A stretch of DNA of 64,000 nucleotides from Octopus sinensis (lineage: Eukaryota), in NCBI RefSeq assembly GCF_006345805.1, contig NC_043002.1, positions 91,946,001-92,010,000 of the forward strand, written 5' to 3'. The position numbers and the translations under genes are program-made. The notes beneath the pieces are model-generated. The model ran no database searches. It was not told where the DNA came from and was given only the letters and a program-made list of their open reading frames with translations. Every line of letters begins with the position of its first letter. Within the stretch, counting starts at the first letter, position 1. Positions 52,945 through 64,000 of the stretch are shown one piece after another.

Positions 52945-53200
52945 ATATGGGCCAATAGTTAAGAAGCTTGCTTTGCAACTATGACGTCCCGAGTCTCATC
53001 CCACTGCATTGCATCTTGGGCAGATGTCCTTTTCTTCAACCTCGGGTAAACTGATACTTTTTGAATTAAATTGTGTACACCCTTGTCACACCCTTGTCAC
53101 ACACATTGTGTTACGCTGATTCTGCCTGAGAACAGTGTTAAAGTGACATGTGTCTGTGGAATACTCAGCCACCTATACATTAAGGAGAAGGTTATTCAGT
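52945..53200 (+). mobile_element. Degenerate tRNA-head CORE-type SINE
   Basis: ggtgcatatgggccaatagttaagaagcttgc...catcttgggcagatgtc; 3' part gtctgtggaatactcagccac shared with 55528-55832. Confidence 0.6.
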
Positions 53201-53764
53201 TTCAGTTAATCGATCACCTGGAACCTCATGCCAAATGAAGGGGAGCTACCATAATGCCATATACGAGGATAAGTCAATTAAATCGAACCCGGTATATAAT
53301 TGCTTCGGAAGTTTGACATGCAAAATAGAATCAGGTTTAGGAGAGTTTGAACTCAGAACGTTAACAAATGCCACAAGGTTTCTCAGCTTGAGCTCTCCAA
53401 ATTCTACCATCCGCCATCAACTTAAATTATTTGATGTCTCATTTAATCATACGTGTTATCAATCCTAGATTCACTCACAGTCAAATATTGAAGAAAGAAA
53501 ATAACAGGTTGTTGCATTGTTTATTTTGTTATTGCTAGTATATTGTGTTAATATTAGATTATTGAAAAACGCCTGAGGAAAGTAAAGTGTAAAGATTGTA
53601 GTGATCGTGCTTGATAGCATATATTGCTAAACAACGAGAAATCTTAGTATTTATTGTGGATACAGATCTCACCTAAAGAACCTGAGACAAGATCATTTAG
53701 CGGATGTCCTTTATTTCAGACAAACCCTTATCACTGCACATTTTATCCATTATCGTTTATCTCT

Positions 53765-53945
53765 TACTTGTTTCAGTATTTTGACTGAGGCCATGCTTAA
53801 AGGGTTTTAGTTGAACATATCGACCTCAGAACTTTTTTTAAATCATGGTAGCTATTGTATCGGTTTCGTTTTGTCCGAACCACTAAGTTACTGGTTGTCA
53901 AGCAGTGGTGGGGGGCAAACACAGACATAAAGACACACATAAATA
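53765..53945 (-). mobile_element. SINE-A 3' half
   Basis: cttgtttcagtattttgactgaggccatgc...gttgtcaagcagtggtgggggcaaacacagac. Confidence 0.8.
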
Positions 53946-54000
53946 TATACATATATAAATATATATATGTTTATTTCTCTCTCTCTATATATACATATAC

Positions 54001-54074
<74 letters not shown>

Positions 54075-54411
54075 TTATATATATGTGTGTATGTATGTAT
54101 GTATGTATGTAATGTATGTATGTATGTTGTATGTATGTATGTATCCATGCATGTATGTATGTATGTATGTATGTATGTATGTATGTATGTATGTTGTATG
54201 TATGTATGTATGTATGTATCTATGTATGTATGTATTTATATATATACTTCAATGACGTCTACAGTTCTGACTTTCGGTTGTAAATTGCGAAGTAGCTAAC
54301 TTTATTATTTATAATTTTCCCTTTTACCGTTTATGAAATCAGGGTGGGATTTCTACGGTAACTCTTATAAACAGACAAGAAGGGCCAGCTTAGCACTAGG
54401 CATCAGGTAAG

Positions 54412-54460
54412 AGCCACTGATGAGCATTAGTATATATGCGAAATCACTGGTAATCTGATT
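54412..54460 (+). ncRNA. Type I hammerhead-ribozyme-like motif (canonical core, eroded stems I and III)
   Basis: cca-CTGATGA(54417-23)-GCAT tagtatat ATGC-GAAA(54440-43)-tcactggtaa-TC(54454-55)-tg. Confidence 0.55.
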
Positions 54461-54829
54461 ACACCCCGAATGTAGTAGGGAACCTGCCTACCTTGTCAGT
54501 CATAAGATAGGTACTTCCATTCTAGCCTCGGGGCGATCAAAGGCTTCTGAGTGGATTTAGTTGACGGAAATACAAAATTAAGAGGAATGACCACTAAAGT
54601 GGACTCCTCATATGCTAAATAAAGACGTCAAATCGCCATTACCACGAAGAATGTGTTCTCAAGAAAAAAGTTCAGGAAACCGCCAAAATGTAAAAATGAG
54701 CAAGACAAATGAAAATATACGAAATAAAAAACGATTACCTACGTGATATGGTTTCACTTGTTAATATTTACGTATGTAAATGTCTGCAAGATCATCAGCG
54801 CAGTCTGTCGCTTACAAGTCACAATTTCT

Positions 54830-54973
54830 AGAACTAGACACAGAACGCTCACCCGAAAGAGAGCATGTATAAAGTTCTACAAATTATAGTTGGGGTATTT
54901 TTCAAATGTTTTCACTTCAAATGTAGAACTTTATACATGCTCTCTTTCGGGTGAGCGTTCTGTGTCTAGTTCT
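54830..54973. repeat. Perfect 52-bp inverted repeat with 40-bp spacer
   Basis: 54830-54881 is the exact reverse complement of 54922-54973. Confidence 0.95.
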
Positions 54974-54974
54974 G

Positions 54975-55055
54975 GTAGACAATAGCCCAAGGTGCTACGC
55001 TGCAGGATTGAACCTCGAACCATGCGGTCGGGAAGCAAGCTTCTTAGCACAGCGC
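54975..55055 (-). mobile_element. SINE-A head fragment
   Basis: gcccaaggtgctacgctgcaggattgaacctcgaaccatgcggtcgggaagcaagc. Confidence 0.75.
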
Positions 55056-55527
55056 AAGTTTTTTTTTTTTTTTGGTTTTTCTTTTCTCATTGGTATCTTA
55101 CGTTTCATTGGTCTATAGGAAAGGTCAATGTTTTATAATCTCTCCAGTATGCAAAAACGTTATATTATGTTATAATTTATTTCCCATCTTCTAATTATTC
55201 ATCACTGTACAGGGTATTTAAAGGGTGGTGGATTGGTAGAGTCAAAGGAGGGATGGGAAAAATATGGTGATATAAAAAACACTTGAAGTGATGCACAACG
55301 TGTTGGTGGAATGAGACAATCGATAGAGGATGGGCAAAATGTTTTGTCTTTCATATTTCTCGCTTCGATTAAAAAGTACCTGATGTAAACGTAGACGAAG
55401 GAGTTGATTGCTCCCACTCCAGGTTGAAGTTTTACGCTTAGGTTAGTAATCACATAACTGATTAAGAATAAATTTAAAAAACTGAAATTGATCTTTGGGA
55501 GAATATGAAATCAGAATTGTCATCTTT

Positions 55528-55832
55528 GGAACCCGTGGCTTAATGGTTAGGGTATTCGGCTCACGATTGCAAGGTCGTGAGTTCAGTTCCCGGTGACGCG
55601 TTGTGTCCTTGAGCAAGACACTTAATTTCGTGTTTCTCCAGTCCACTCAGCTGGAAAAAATACAGTTGTACTTGTATTTTAAAGTGTCAGCATTGTCACA
55701 CTTTGTGTTTTGCCGAATCTCCCTGAGAGTTCCGTTAAGGGTACACAAGTCTGTGGAGTGCTCAGCCACTTGCACGTTTTATGAGCAGGCTGTTCCGTTG
55801 ATCGGATCAACTGGAACGCTTGTCGTCCAAGG
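55528..55832 (+). mobile_element. SINE-C: tRNA-derived CORE-SINE
   Basis: A-box gtggcttaatggtt, B-box gagttcagttccc, CORE gttgtgtccttgagcaagacactta, then (CA)n. Confidence 0.88.
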
Positions 55833-55850
55833 TGCTAAGCCGGCACATAA

Positions 55851-55947
<97 letters not shown>

Positions 55948-57016
55948 ACATACACATCTATATCGCTGTGTACAAAAGTATTGTTGTCTCTTCCAATACT
56001 GAAATTCTTTTCCAATTCTGCTAGGTTCTTAAATGATGTCAAATGTTGTTTATCCCCAGGTTAGCCTGACAAGCAAACCTATGATCAAAAGGGATTCTGC
56101 CGTGGCCATCCGAACTTATTATTTCTTTCAACCACCAATACACCCAAGATTACAATGATCCAACGTGTTCATTTTTCAGACAGTAGGTTTTACTGATATA
56201 AAGGAGAATTGATGGCAATTTGCATGAAACTGGTCAAACATCCGCATAGAGTTTTCCTGAATAACCGTTACTGAAACGTCCTTGAAGCCTATGGAAATGC
56301 CATCAGTTAAAAACACTTGTCATATAATAGTGATTGGTTGTTTGTTTAAATCAAAAATGGCGTCCAAAAGCAGTTGTGGCTATCGAAATGAATCAGTCAT
56401 TTCATTGTTTAATTTTATATAGCTTTTTGTTTCCTTTTCCTTTTTTTATTTCATTTGTTCATCTCAATTAAATAAATGCTATTAGAAAAGTGTCGCTATG
56501 TCTGCTTGTATATATCATATCTGCTACGCTTGCCTGATATATATCGGATATGACTGTCTGTAAAAATTACCAATGGCTGTCATTATGAATCAGATACGTC
56601 TAGCCAGTATTATAGTATTGTAGTTGTGTAGTTAAATCAAATATTACTGACAATATATTTGGTTAGTGTAGGTTGGTTCCTTGATTGGTTTGGTTTTATC
56701 AACTATATCATCTGATATTATTTATATTATGCTTTCGAAATAGTATGGCAGTAAGGCCGTGGGTGTATCTATTTCAAGAGCATGTTATAAATTATAAATG
56801 CCTGTTAGAGACGCCTAAGTATATAATTTGAGATCGCCATTAGAGTTTAGTTTATGTTGCGTGAATAGATCAGGTATAACTGTCACTATACATCACATTC
56901 ACTTGCCAGTATGGCTTCGTTAATTCTCTCAAAACTTATAAATTCTAACGTAGTAGACAGAACATTATTACAAATTCACACGTACATACATACATGCAAG
57001 CACACATACACATAAG

Positions 57017-57019
<3 letters not shown>

Positions 57020-57078
<59 letters not shown>

Positions 57079-57169
57079 GTGTGTGTGTATATGTACATAC
57101 ACACACATAAACGTACATACGTATGTGTAAAACGTTATAGCTGCTTATATATATATATATATATTATAT

Positions 57170-57213
<44 letters not shown>

Positions 57214-57310
57214 ATATATGTGTGTGTGTGTATATGTACATACACACACATAAACGTACATACGTATGTGTAAAACGTTATAGCTGCTTATATATATATA
57301 TATATATATT
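57020..57310. repeat. Near-exact local tandem duplication inside (TA)n
   Basis: gtgtgtgtatatgtacatacacacacataaacgtacatacgtatgtgtaaaacgttatagctgctt occurs at about 57080-57146 and 57225-57290. Confidence 0.9.
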
Positions 57311-58704
57311 AGTTATGTCTGTCAGAATAATTCAGTCATATTTGACATTCAAATTCAGTATTGTTTGTATAACACCCTGTCTCGTTTGTTTGTACAATTC
57401 ACTCTTGTTTACTAATGTAAAATAGCACATCGTGTGATAATATATACCATTCAGAACTAAGATGATGGTTTAGTTAATACATTCAAGAATGATTCAATTG
57501 TTATGGCTTGGATGAATCTATAATGGCTGCCTGTTTTGTATGGCTGATTCACGACTGCCTGTATATTTCAGTCGATATTTGATGGTATAAAACGGTTATG
57601 TCTAGTGATATAAATAGGTTACGGCTGAGTATATAAATCAGCGTTCTTTGTCAGTATTGTTTAGCAATTACTGTTCGGGTGTAATAATTATGGTTTGAGT
57701 GTACTTTCCTTAATGCAACCCGTATATTATGTAAACTGGGGGCGTCGGAGAAAATATGCTTGGAAGTTATGATTATTCATATAAATCAAGCATAGATGTT
57801 AGCATAAAACAGTTATGGCTAACAATCTACGTATATATGCGAGGCGTAATTAGCTTAGATCCATTAACGTCTCCAACGTGAACAGGCAAAGACTATAAAG
57901 GTAAACTCACAATAACCTTAAACATTGCAGAAATAGCTATGAAAACAAGCATGCTGTTGAATGTTAGTCATCAATGGTGTTTAACTCCGATAATAACTGT
58001 CAATATAAGTCAGTAAAGGCTACTAACACAATTCAGTGATAGCTACATACAGAAACATTTGATTACTAATTTAATTCCATAATATGTAATAAAATGTGAT
58101 ATCATGTTACAATAGATGTTGCTGAATATCTGTCACACATAAATCAATATCACCTTCTTATAGTCTTCAACATAAATCAGTAATGGTTCTTAACACAAAC
58201 CAGCAATAAATATTTTCAGCTGTCTTTTAATAGTTGTTAAAAATAGATAGGAATAGTTGTTCACCTAAATGTAATATAATTCCACAATGCTAAGCATATA
58301 TAGTTCTTTAATTGCTATCAATGTAAACCAATGTAAACCAGTGCTGGTTGCTCACATAAACATTATGTCATTGTACGATAGATGTTACACAGATATTAAT
58401 TGCTGTTCAAGCCAGCTCGGAATGTCTATCATCTAAACTCGCTAAAATTGATCGTTAACTATGCTAGGAAATCTCTATTTGTTTCAACAAACATAGAATA
58501 GATGTTAAGGTCAGTTTGGAAGGATTGTGAACGTCAAACTGGAATCATGCGACTACTGTTATATGTTTGTAGCAAATATTCAGTACCATTCAGCAAAATG
58601 TTTCTTTTTGCTAGCGAAAAACGATTGTCTGCTCTTTAGCCTTTAATTTCCTTATGAATACTGAGATTGGCAAATTACTTTTTATATCAACTGAAACATT
58701 TCTC

Positions 58705-59108
58705 TCTCTTTACTCTTTACACTTTTTACTTGTTTCAGTCATTTGACTGCGGCCATGCTGGAGCACCGCCTTTAGTCGAGCAAATCGACCCCGGGACTTA
58801 TTCTTTGTAAGCCCAGTACTTATTCTATCGGTCTCTTTTGCCGAACCGCTAAGTGATGGGGACGTAAACACACCAGCATCGGTTGTCAAGCAATGCTAGG
58901 GGGACAAACACACACACACAAACACACACACACATACATATATACGACAGGCTTCTTTCAGTTTCCGTCTACCAAATCCACTCACAAGGCATTGGTCGGC
59001 CCAGGGCTATAGCAGAAGACACTCGCCCAAGATGCCACGCAGTGGGACTGAACCCGGAACCATGTGGTTGGTTAGCAAGCTACTTACTACACAGCCACTC
59101 CTGCGCCT
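58705..59108 (-). mobile_element. SINE-A, full length, apparently young
   Basis: All modules intact, many CpGs retained. Confidence 0.96.
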
Positions 59109-60178
59109 TTATGATTTTCTCTATGACTTTAAAAATTAATTTTCTGAGTCAGGAGAATTTTCTAGGCTTCCCAGACTGGTGAGAAGAAGGGAGGAAGGAA
59201 TCTACAAATCGGAGACATAACACCCAAGGTGCCAGGTAATAGCCTTAAACCAGGCGACTGAGTAAGACCACCACCTACGGTAGGCTTTGAACCAGAATTA
59301 CAAAGAAACAGAACAAATACTGCATGACATCCCATTCCACTCGCTTACGATTTCGCCTGTACATCATCCCTAGATAGGCATTTTATAAAAGAATGAAAGG
59401 TTATGTTGACCTTGATAGGTTTTTAAATCAGCCAGCAATCATCCAGAATAAATACTTCAAGGCATTTCCTCCGATTCTCTAACGACTCGGTTAATACGCT
59501 GTCCATGAACGAAAGATCTGAAAGAAAACAATGAAAATTAAACAGAAATTTCCCATCCAAGTTACATACATGAAGCGATATTATCCTGGCTGACGACTGG
59601 CAATTTGACTTAATTGGCGTTGAATTGTACTGGAAAATAGTTGAAACGTTGTATTATAGTGAGAGTTAATGAATGTTAACACCGTCCTAACTTACGAATT
59701 AGTGCATGAAAACTGTCTATGATATGCCAGCTGAAATGATACGCCAGTGAGATAAAAACTCAGAGGATACTGCCGATCAATGCACAACACTGATAAATCA
59801 TGTTATAAGTATAGAAATGTGTCTTTGAGGTCTTTTAACAGTCGACTAATCATTAACCTTGGTTGAGTTCTATAATGATTGTCAGATGAATGAAAAGGAC
59901 TTGAATTGATTTATTAATCTAAAATGCAAACCCTGTCATGAAATAATTATGTTGGTGTATTCATTGTGCACTTAAATAGAGTATCAACAGAGTTTCAGAT
60001 TTACAAAGATACAGAAATAAGTACAGCGTAGCATATGTGTCTTTCTTAATAGCATTAGGAGTTCAAAGCAATAGGGAAGCTAGATCACGCTTGCAGATCA
60101 CCGACGACTCTTTGCCACCTTAGATATTATAATCTGAATAGTGATTACATAAATTAACATTTTTGCGCATGCAAAAAG

Positions 60179-60215
<37 letters not shown>

Positions 60216-60296
60216 TATATATATATATATATAATATATATATATATATTACTTTTTGCATTTATATATATATATATATATATTACTTTTTGCATT

Positions 60297-60328
<32 letters not shown>

Positions 60329-60359
60329 TATATGTATATATATATTAGTGACAAAGCAG

Positions 60360-60642
60360 TATTATCCTTTTTACTATAGACACAAGGCCTGGAATTTGGA
60401 AGAGTGCACTAGTCCATTGCATCGGCCCAGTGTGTCGCTGGTACTTAATTTATCGATCCGAAAGGATGAAAGGCAAAGTCGACTTCGGCGGAATTTGAAC
60501 TCAGAACGTAGCGGCAGACGAAATACCTATTTCTTTAATACCCACAAGGGGCTAAACGCAGCGGGGGCAAACAAGAATTTGAACTCAGAACGTAGCGATG
60601 GGCGAAACATCGCCAAACATTTTGTCCAGCGTGCACGCCGCC
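60360..60642 (-). mobile_element. SINE-B B1+B2 dimer with an internal deletion
   Basis: Junction gaaatacc|tatttcttt at 60527/60528, identical to 52053/52054. Confidence 0.85.
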
Positions 60643-60671
60643 ATAGAGGAAGTATTAATATCGAGAGGTAA

Positions 60672-60857
60672 TATTTATCTCCACTTAAACGTGGATGTTC
60701 TGTAAGAACAAACTATAACAGACTACACCGCGGTAGGTACCAGGAGCGAAACAATAATACATTTTGCACCAAAAGCCAATATGAGAGTTTCTATCATGGT
60801 AGCTATTGCAGTAATATTTGATCTAACGGAACATCCACGTTTAAGTGGGGATAAATA
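60672..60857. mobile_element. MITE with 32-bp TIRs, TA ends (Tc1/mariner-like)
   Basis: tatttatctccacttaaacgtggatgttctgt versus acggaacatccacgtttaagtggggataaata (30/32 match). Confidence 0.88.
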
Positions 60858-61549
60858 ACACCTCAAAGAGTAGTCTATATTTGCAAGGGACTGAACACTT
60901 GATGCGTGTTAGCAAACCATGATGTTAAGACTATTCCATATTCAGATACTTTCTCGTCTTTTGATAGTATTTTTTTCTTCGTTTAATATCATAAAGAAAA
61001 GAACTATTTCAATAAACGCTAAACATTCTGTCAGATAGAAACTGGCAAATATATTTGCTACATATAGGTAGCTCGATGAAAACATCAAGTCGCACTACAT
61101 TAGAGGATGTGTGATCTGACAGTTGGCTGACGGATTAAGAGAAAGTGGACATGAGGGAGAAACAGTTTGATAAACAGAAATGTAGAAGATGACAGGTATA
61201 TCGATGGAGAAGATGAAAGGTGCAAGATTTCGTTGGCAATCTTAGAGATATAGATGCAGAAACGTAACAAGACTAACAGAGAAACTAATAGAGGCCAGCT
61301 GAAAAAATAGAGATAGGAAATGACGAGAGAGAAGGAGAGATGCTTTTCTCTGATGAAGGACGATGGTGTGTATGTGTGTTTGTGAATATGTGTGTGTATT
61401 AATACAATCGTTTTAACACAGAGACAGTGTGTTACGCACACACACACATATATTTGTACATTTACATGCGCGTGTGTATACGTATGTATGAACGAATGTA
61501 TGTATGCATCTATTTATGTGTATATATATATGTATGTATGTATACATAC

Positions 61550-61603
<54 letters not shown>

Positions 61604-62581
61604 GAAATATTAAAATTACTAAGTCTCTCTATATATGATATTAACCAATAAAAAATTCCGCAGGCGAAATAGATTTAAATATTTACTTTTCAAGTAAATC
61701 TCTATATATAAAATATTTATATAAAAGTATAATCAGTGATGCAAGTATATTGACCTAAGGTCACGTCACCACCTCTGGTTCGGTCAAATGGTAAATATGT
61801 TAAGGCTTTGGAACAAATGATGCCGGAAATTCGCTGTCGCCTTCGTATTTTTACCCCTCGGATTGTTAGCTTTCTATAAAAATTTGAAATCATTATTAGG
61901 GCAGTGAGTTAGCAGAAGTGCTAGTGTGTTGTTTTGACAATTTTTTATGTCTTGATTATATTTTCTTTTGAAGTGGAGGTACCGATATTCAGGAGAATAA
62001 TTTGATCTGAGCTGAGTTTATGCTGTCAGAATAAGGAATTTGCCTTACCATTTAGACAGCAACATTTTACCTTTTTCGACGTGAAAGCAAAGAATATAGT
62101 ACAAGACACCAGAATGAACAATTCCCACATCAACACGAAACAACTTACTAACAAATCACATAAGGTGCTTCAGAGAAGTATACAAATTTCAATGTGAACA
62201 TGAGAGGTGCAAACATCATAACTCAAACTGTTATATCAGAATCACTTTCTCGTAGGTTGACCATGCATTATATAACCAAGAGTCATCGAAACGTATCATA
62301 ATTCACCACTCGAAATAATATCGGATAGAAACTCTCTAGTTGACACAACAACAATTTTACATTGAGTTCCAGAATAAAAGAAAAATATCTCTGGAAACAT
62401 TATCACTCCTGAGAGCATCTTACTTCTTATTGGCTATCCATAATTCTTTTGTTATGACAAATATTTATAAATTGTAGGTAAGTAAGTTAGCGGACAATAA
62501 TACTTTGGATTGCTCATGATTTTGTCTTTTTAGGGAAGACATGTATCTCCAGCTATGAATTTAAATCGGATACTATACATA

Positions 62582-63600
62582 CAGGACCGGATTAAAACCC
62601 AAAGAAGCCCTAACTACTTAAAAGACTTTGTTACCTTCAAATATATGCAATTCAAAATATAAACAATAACAAAACCATTAAATAAATTATTTTTCAAAAT
62701 TAAACAAAGCTAACAGTAAGATGGGAAATAATGAGCTTATTTTTGTATACCATCACTTCTTTCGGAAAATTTTCTCCCTTTTTTTAATTGCAAGTTCTTT
62801 GATCAGATCCTCAAAATCAGCCTTACGGAACAGATTTGCACATATTCTTAGTAGAGATAAGGCATCCCGTTATTATTTTAGCGAGTTTAAAGTGATTTCA
62901 TTTGTGCCGTAAAAATCATTTCTCATTTCTGTGGTGCACCGCTTCCTTTGATGCCCTAAACAAGTGCTTATTTTGCATAATGCTTAATACAGCGCTGTAT
63001 ACATAGTATTTTTGATCATCTTATTTATATTGTTTGTTAAAACAAAGTACGTAATCGACAGATTTTTCGCAGCCACAAGTTTTGAATATGATCTAGACCT
63101 GTTGGTGCCCACTTATGATTGTAGTGGATGCCCTACGCAACCCTTTTCGCCTGAAATGTAGAGACATATTTGTAGCATTATATTTTTTCGAAACCTTTTC
63201 TTCCCGATGAATCTCGATGAATAACAGGTTCGAATTCACCATTTGAAGGTAACTCTATAAACACACTTTAATGCCTGTTGTTTAGCGGTTGTTTGCTTTT
63301 CTCGTAGAAGAGTTCGTTCAGCGAATTACTAATAATTCACAATGAGCAGAGTCGGAAACAATGAAAATTTTTGTCAGTTGTTTTAATCTGATTAATGCAT
63401 CAACTTTTTTCTGTCAGATTTAACAATCTTAGATATTTTATTTTCTTTCTGTTGAAAATTTTATATGTGTAATCTAACGTCGCTTCTGCTTTTCTAAAGT
63501 CTCTTCCAAAATTACTGCATCTAAAACGTTTTATGTGCTCATTAAATGCAGTGATTTCTAGATGTTGTCACAACTATTCGTGCATAGAAGGAGCTTGTGT
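62582..63600 (-). pseudogene. Decayed hAT-type transposase remnant
   Basis: Minus-strand RDALSLLRICANLFRKADFEDLIKELAIKKREKIF (about 62755-62865) resembles the end of the hAT dimerisation domain; caggaccggattaa at 62582 resembles an hAT terminus. Upstream extent uncertain. Confidence 0.55.
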
Positions 63601-63731
63601 GGTTTTATCGAGGCTTTTCGCGAGCCGTAAATTCATTATACAGTTACCGAGCCCTGAGAAAAGTCTATCTATAATTATTTAGCGAGTAAACATATATTAG
63701 CAACAAAGACAGTAATAATACCGCGATTTAA

Positions 63732-63830
63732 TATTTATCCCCACTAACTGCAGTTGTTTCTCTCATGGTAACTAAAGTTTGTTTTAATAAAACATCTACG
63801 TTTAAGTGGAGGGTGGGTAGGGGGCAAATA
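63732..63830. mobile_element. Shortened relative of the 60672-60857 MITE
   Basis: tatttatccccact...tctcatggta...aacatctacgtttaagtgga...gcaaata. Confidence 0.6.
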
Positions 63831-64000
63831 TTAGCTCTCTGTTTAGCTCGTATCCTTTTCATCCAACGATGGTATTTCTTGATTGCCGTGAATCTCAGCT
63901 GGGAGGAATGAAAACTGTTTCAGACCGGCCTTGTACAAGATGACACGTATGTCATTAACTTATTCAGCTGTTTTGCGTAGTACTGGGTCTATAAGATAAT

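Noticed and set aside
55528-55600. tRNA genes at SINE heads (also 2636-2700, 36432-36500 and others)
   Set aside because: A and B boxes are present but the acceptor and anticodon stems do not close, and each continues into a SINE body.
57020-57310. Local duplication as a functional element (similar one at 60249-60297)
   Set aside because: Near-identical copies within (TA)n are best explained by slippage or an assembly artefact.

Overview
AT-rich, extremely microsatellite-rich eukaryotic DNA. The SINE families and repeat make-up suggest a coleoid cephalopod, most likely Octopus; this is an inference from recognising the repeats, not from a search. I find no intact protein-coding gene, rRNA, true tRNA gene or CRISPR array. 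Almost every ORF in the track is a translation of simple repeats or SINEs. The window is a transposon graveyard containing: (i) many tRNA-derived SINEs of three types, which I label A (CORE-like, internal TA/TG microsatellite), B (GCCTTTCATCC...GGGGTCGATAAA central domain) and C (classical CORE); (ii) decayed Penelope-like, RTE, APE-LINE, mariner, pogo-like and hAT remnants; (iii) several MITEs. Best leads: (1) a set of type-I hammerhead-ribozyme-like motifs with palindromic stem III, including a fully paired one at 7046-7091 (-) with a compensatory U3-A8 core; (2) head-to-tail SINE-B stacks whose copies are separated by the same short direct repeat, suggesting repeated insertion into a regenerated target site; (3) long inverted repeats (perfect 52 bp; about 200 bp); (4) an NRF1/YY1 promoter-like patch at 29.2-29.4 kb followed by candidate non-coding exons; (5) an element found twice inside (TAA)n arrays. 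SINE boundaries are approximate.
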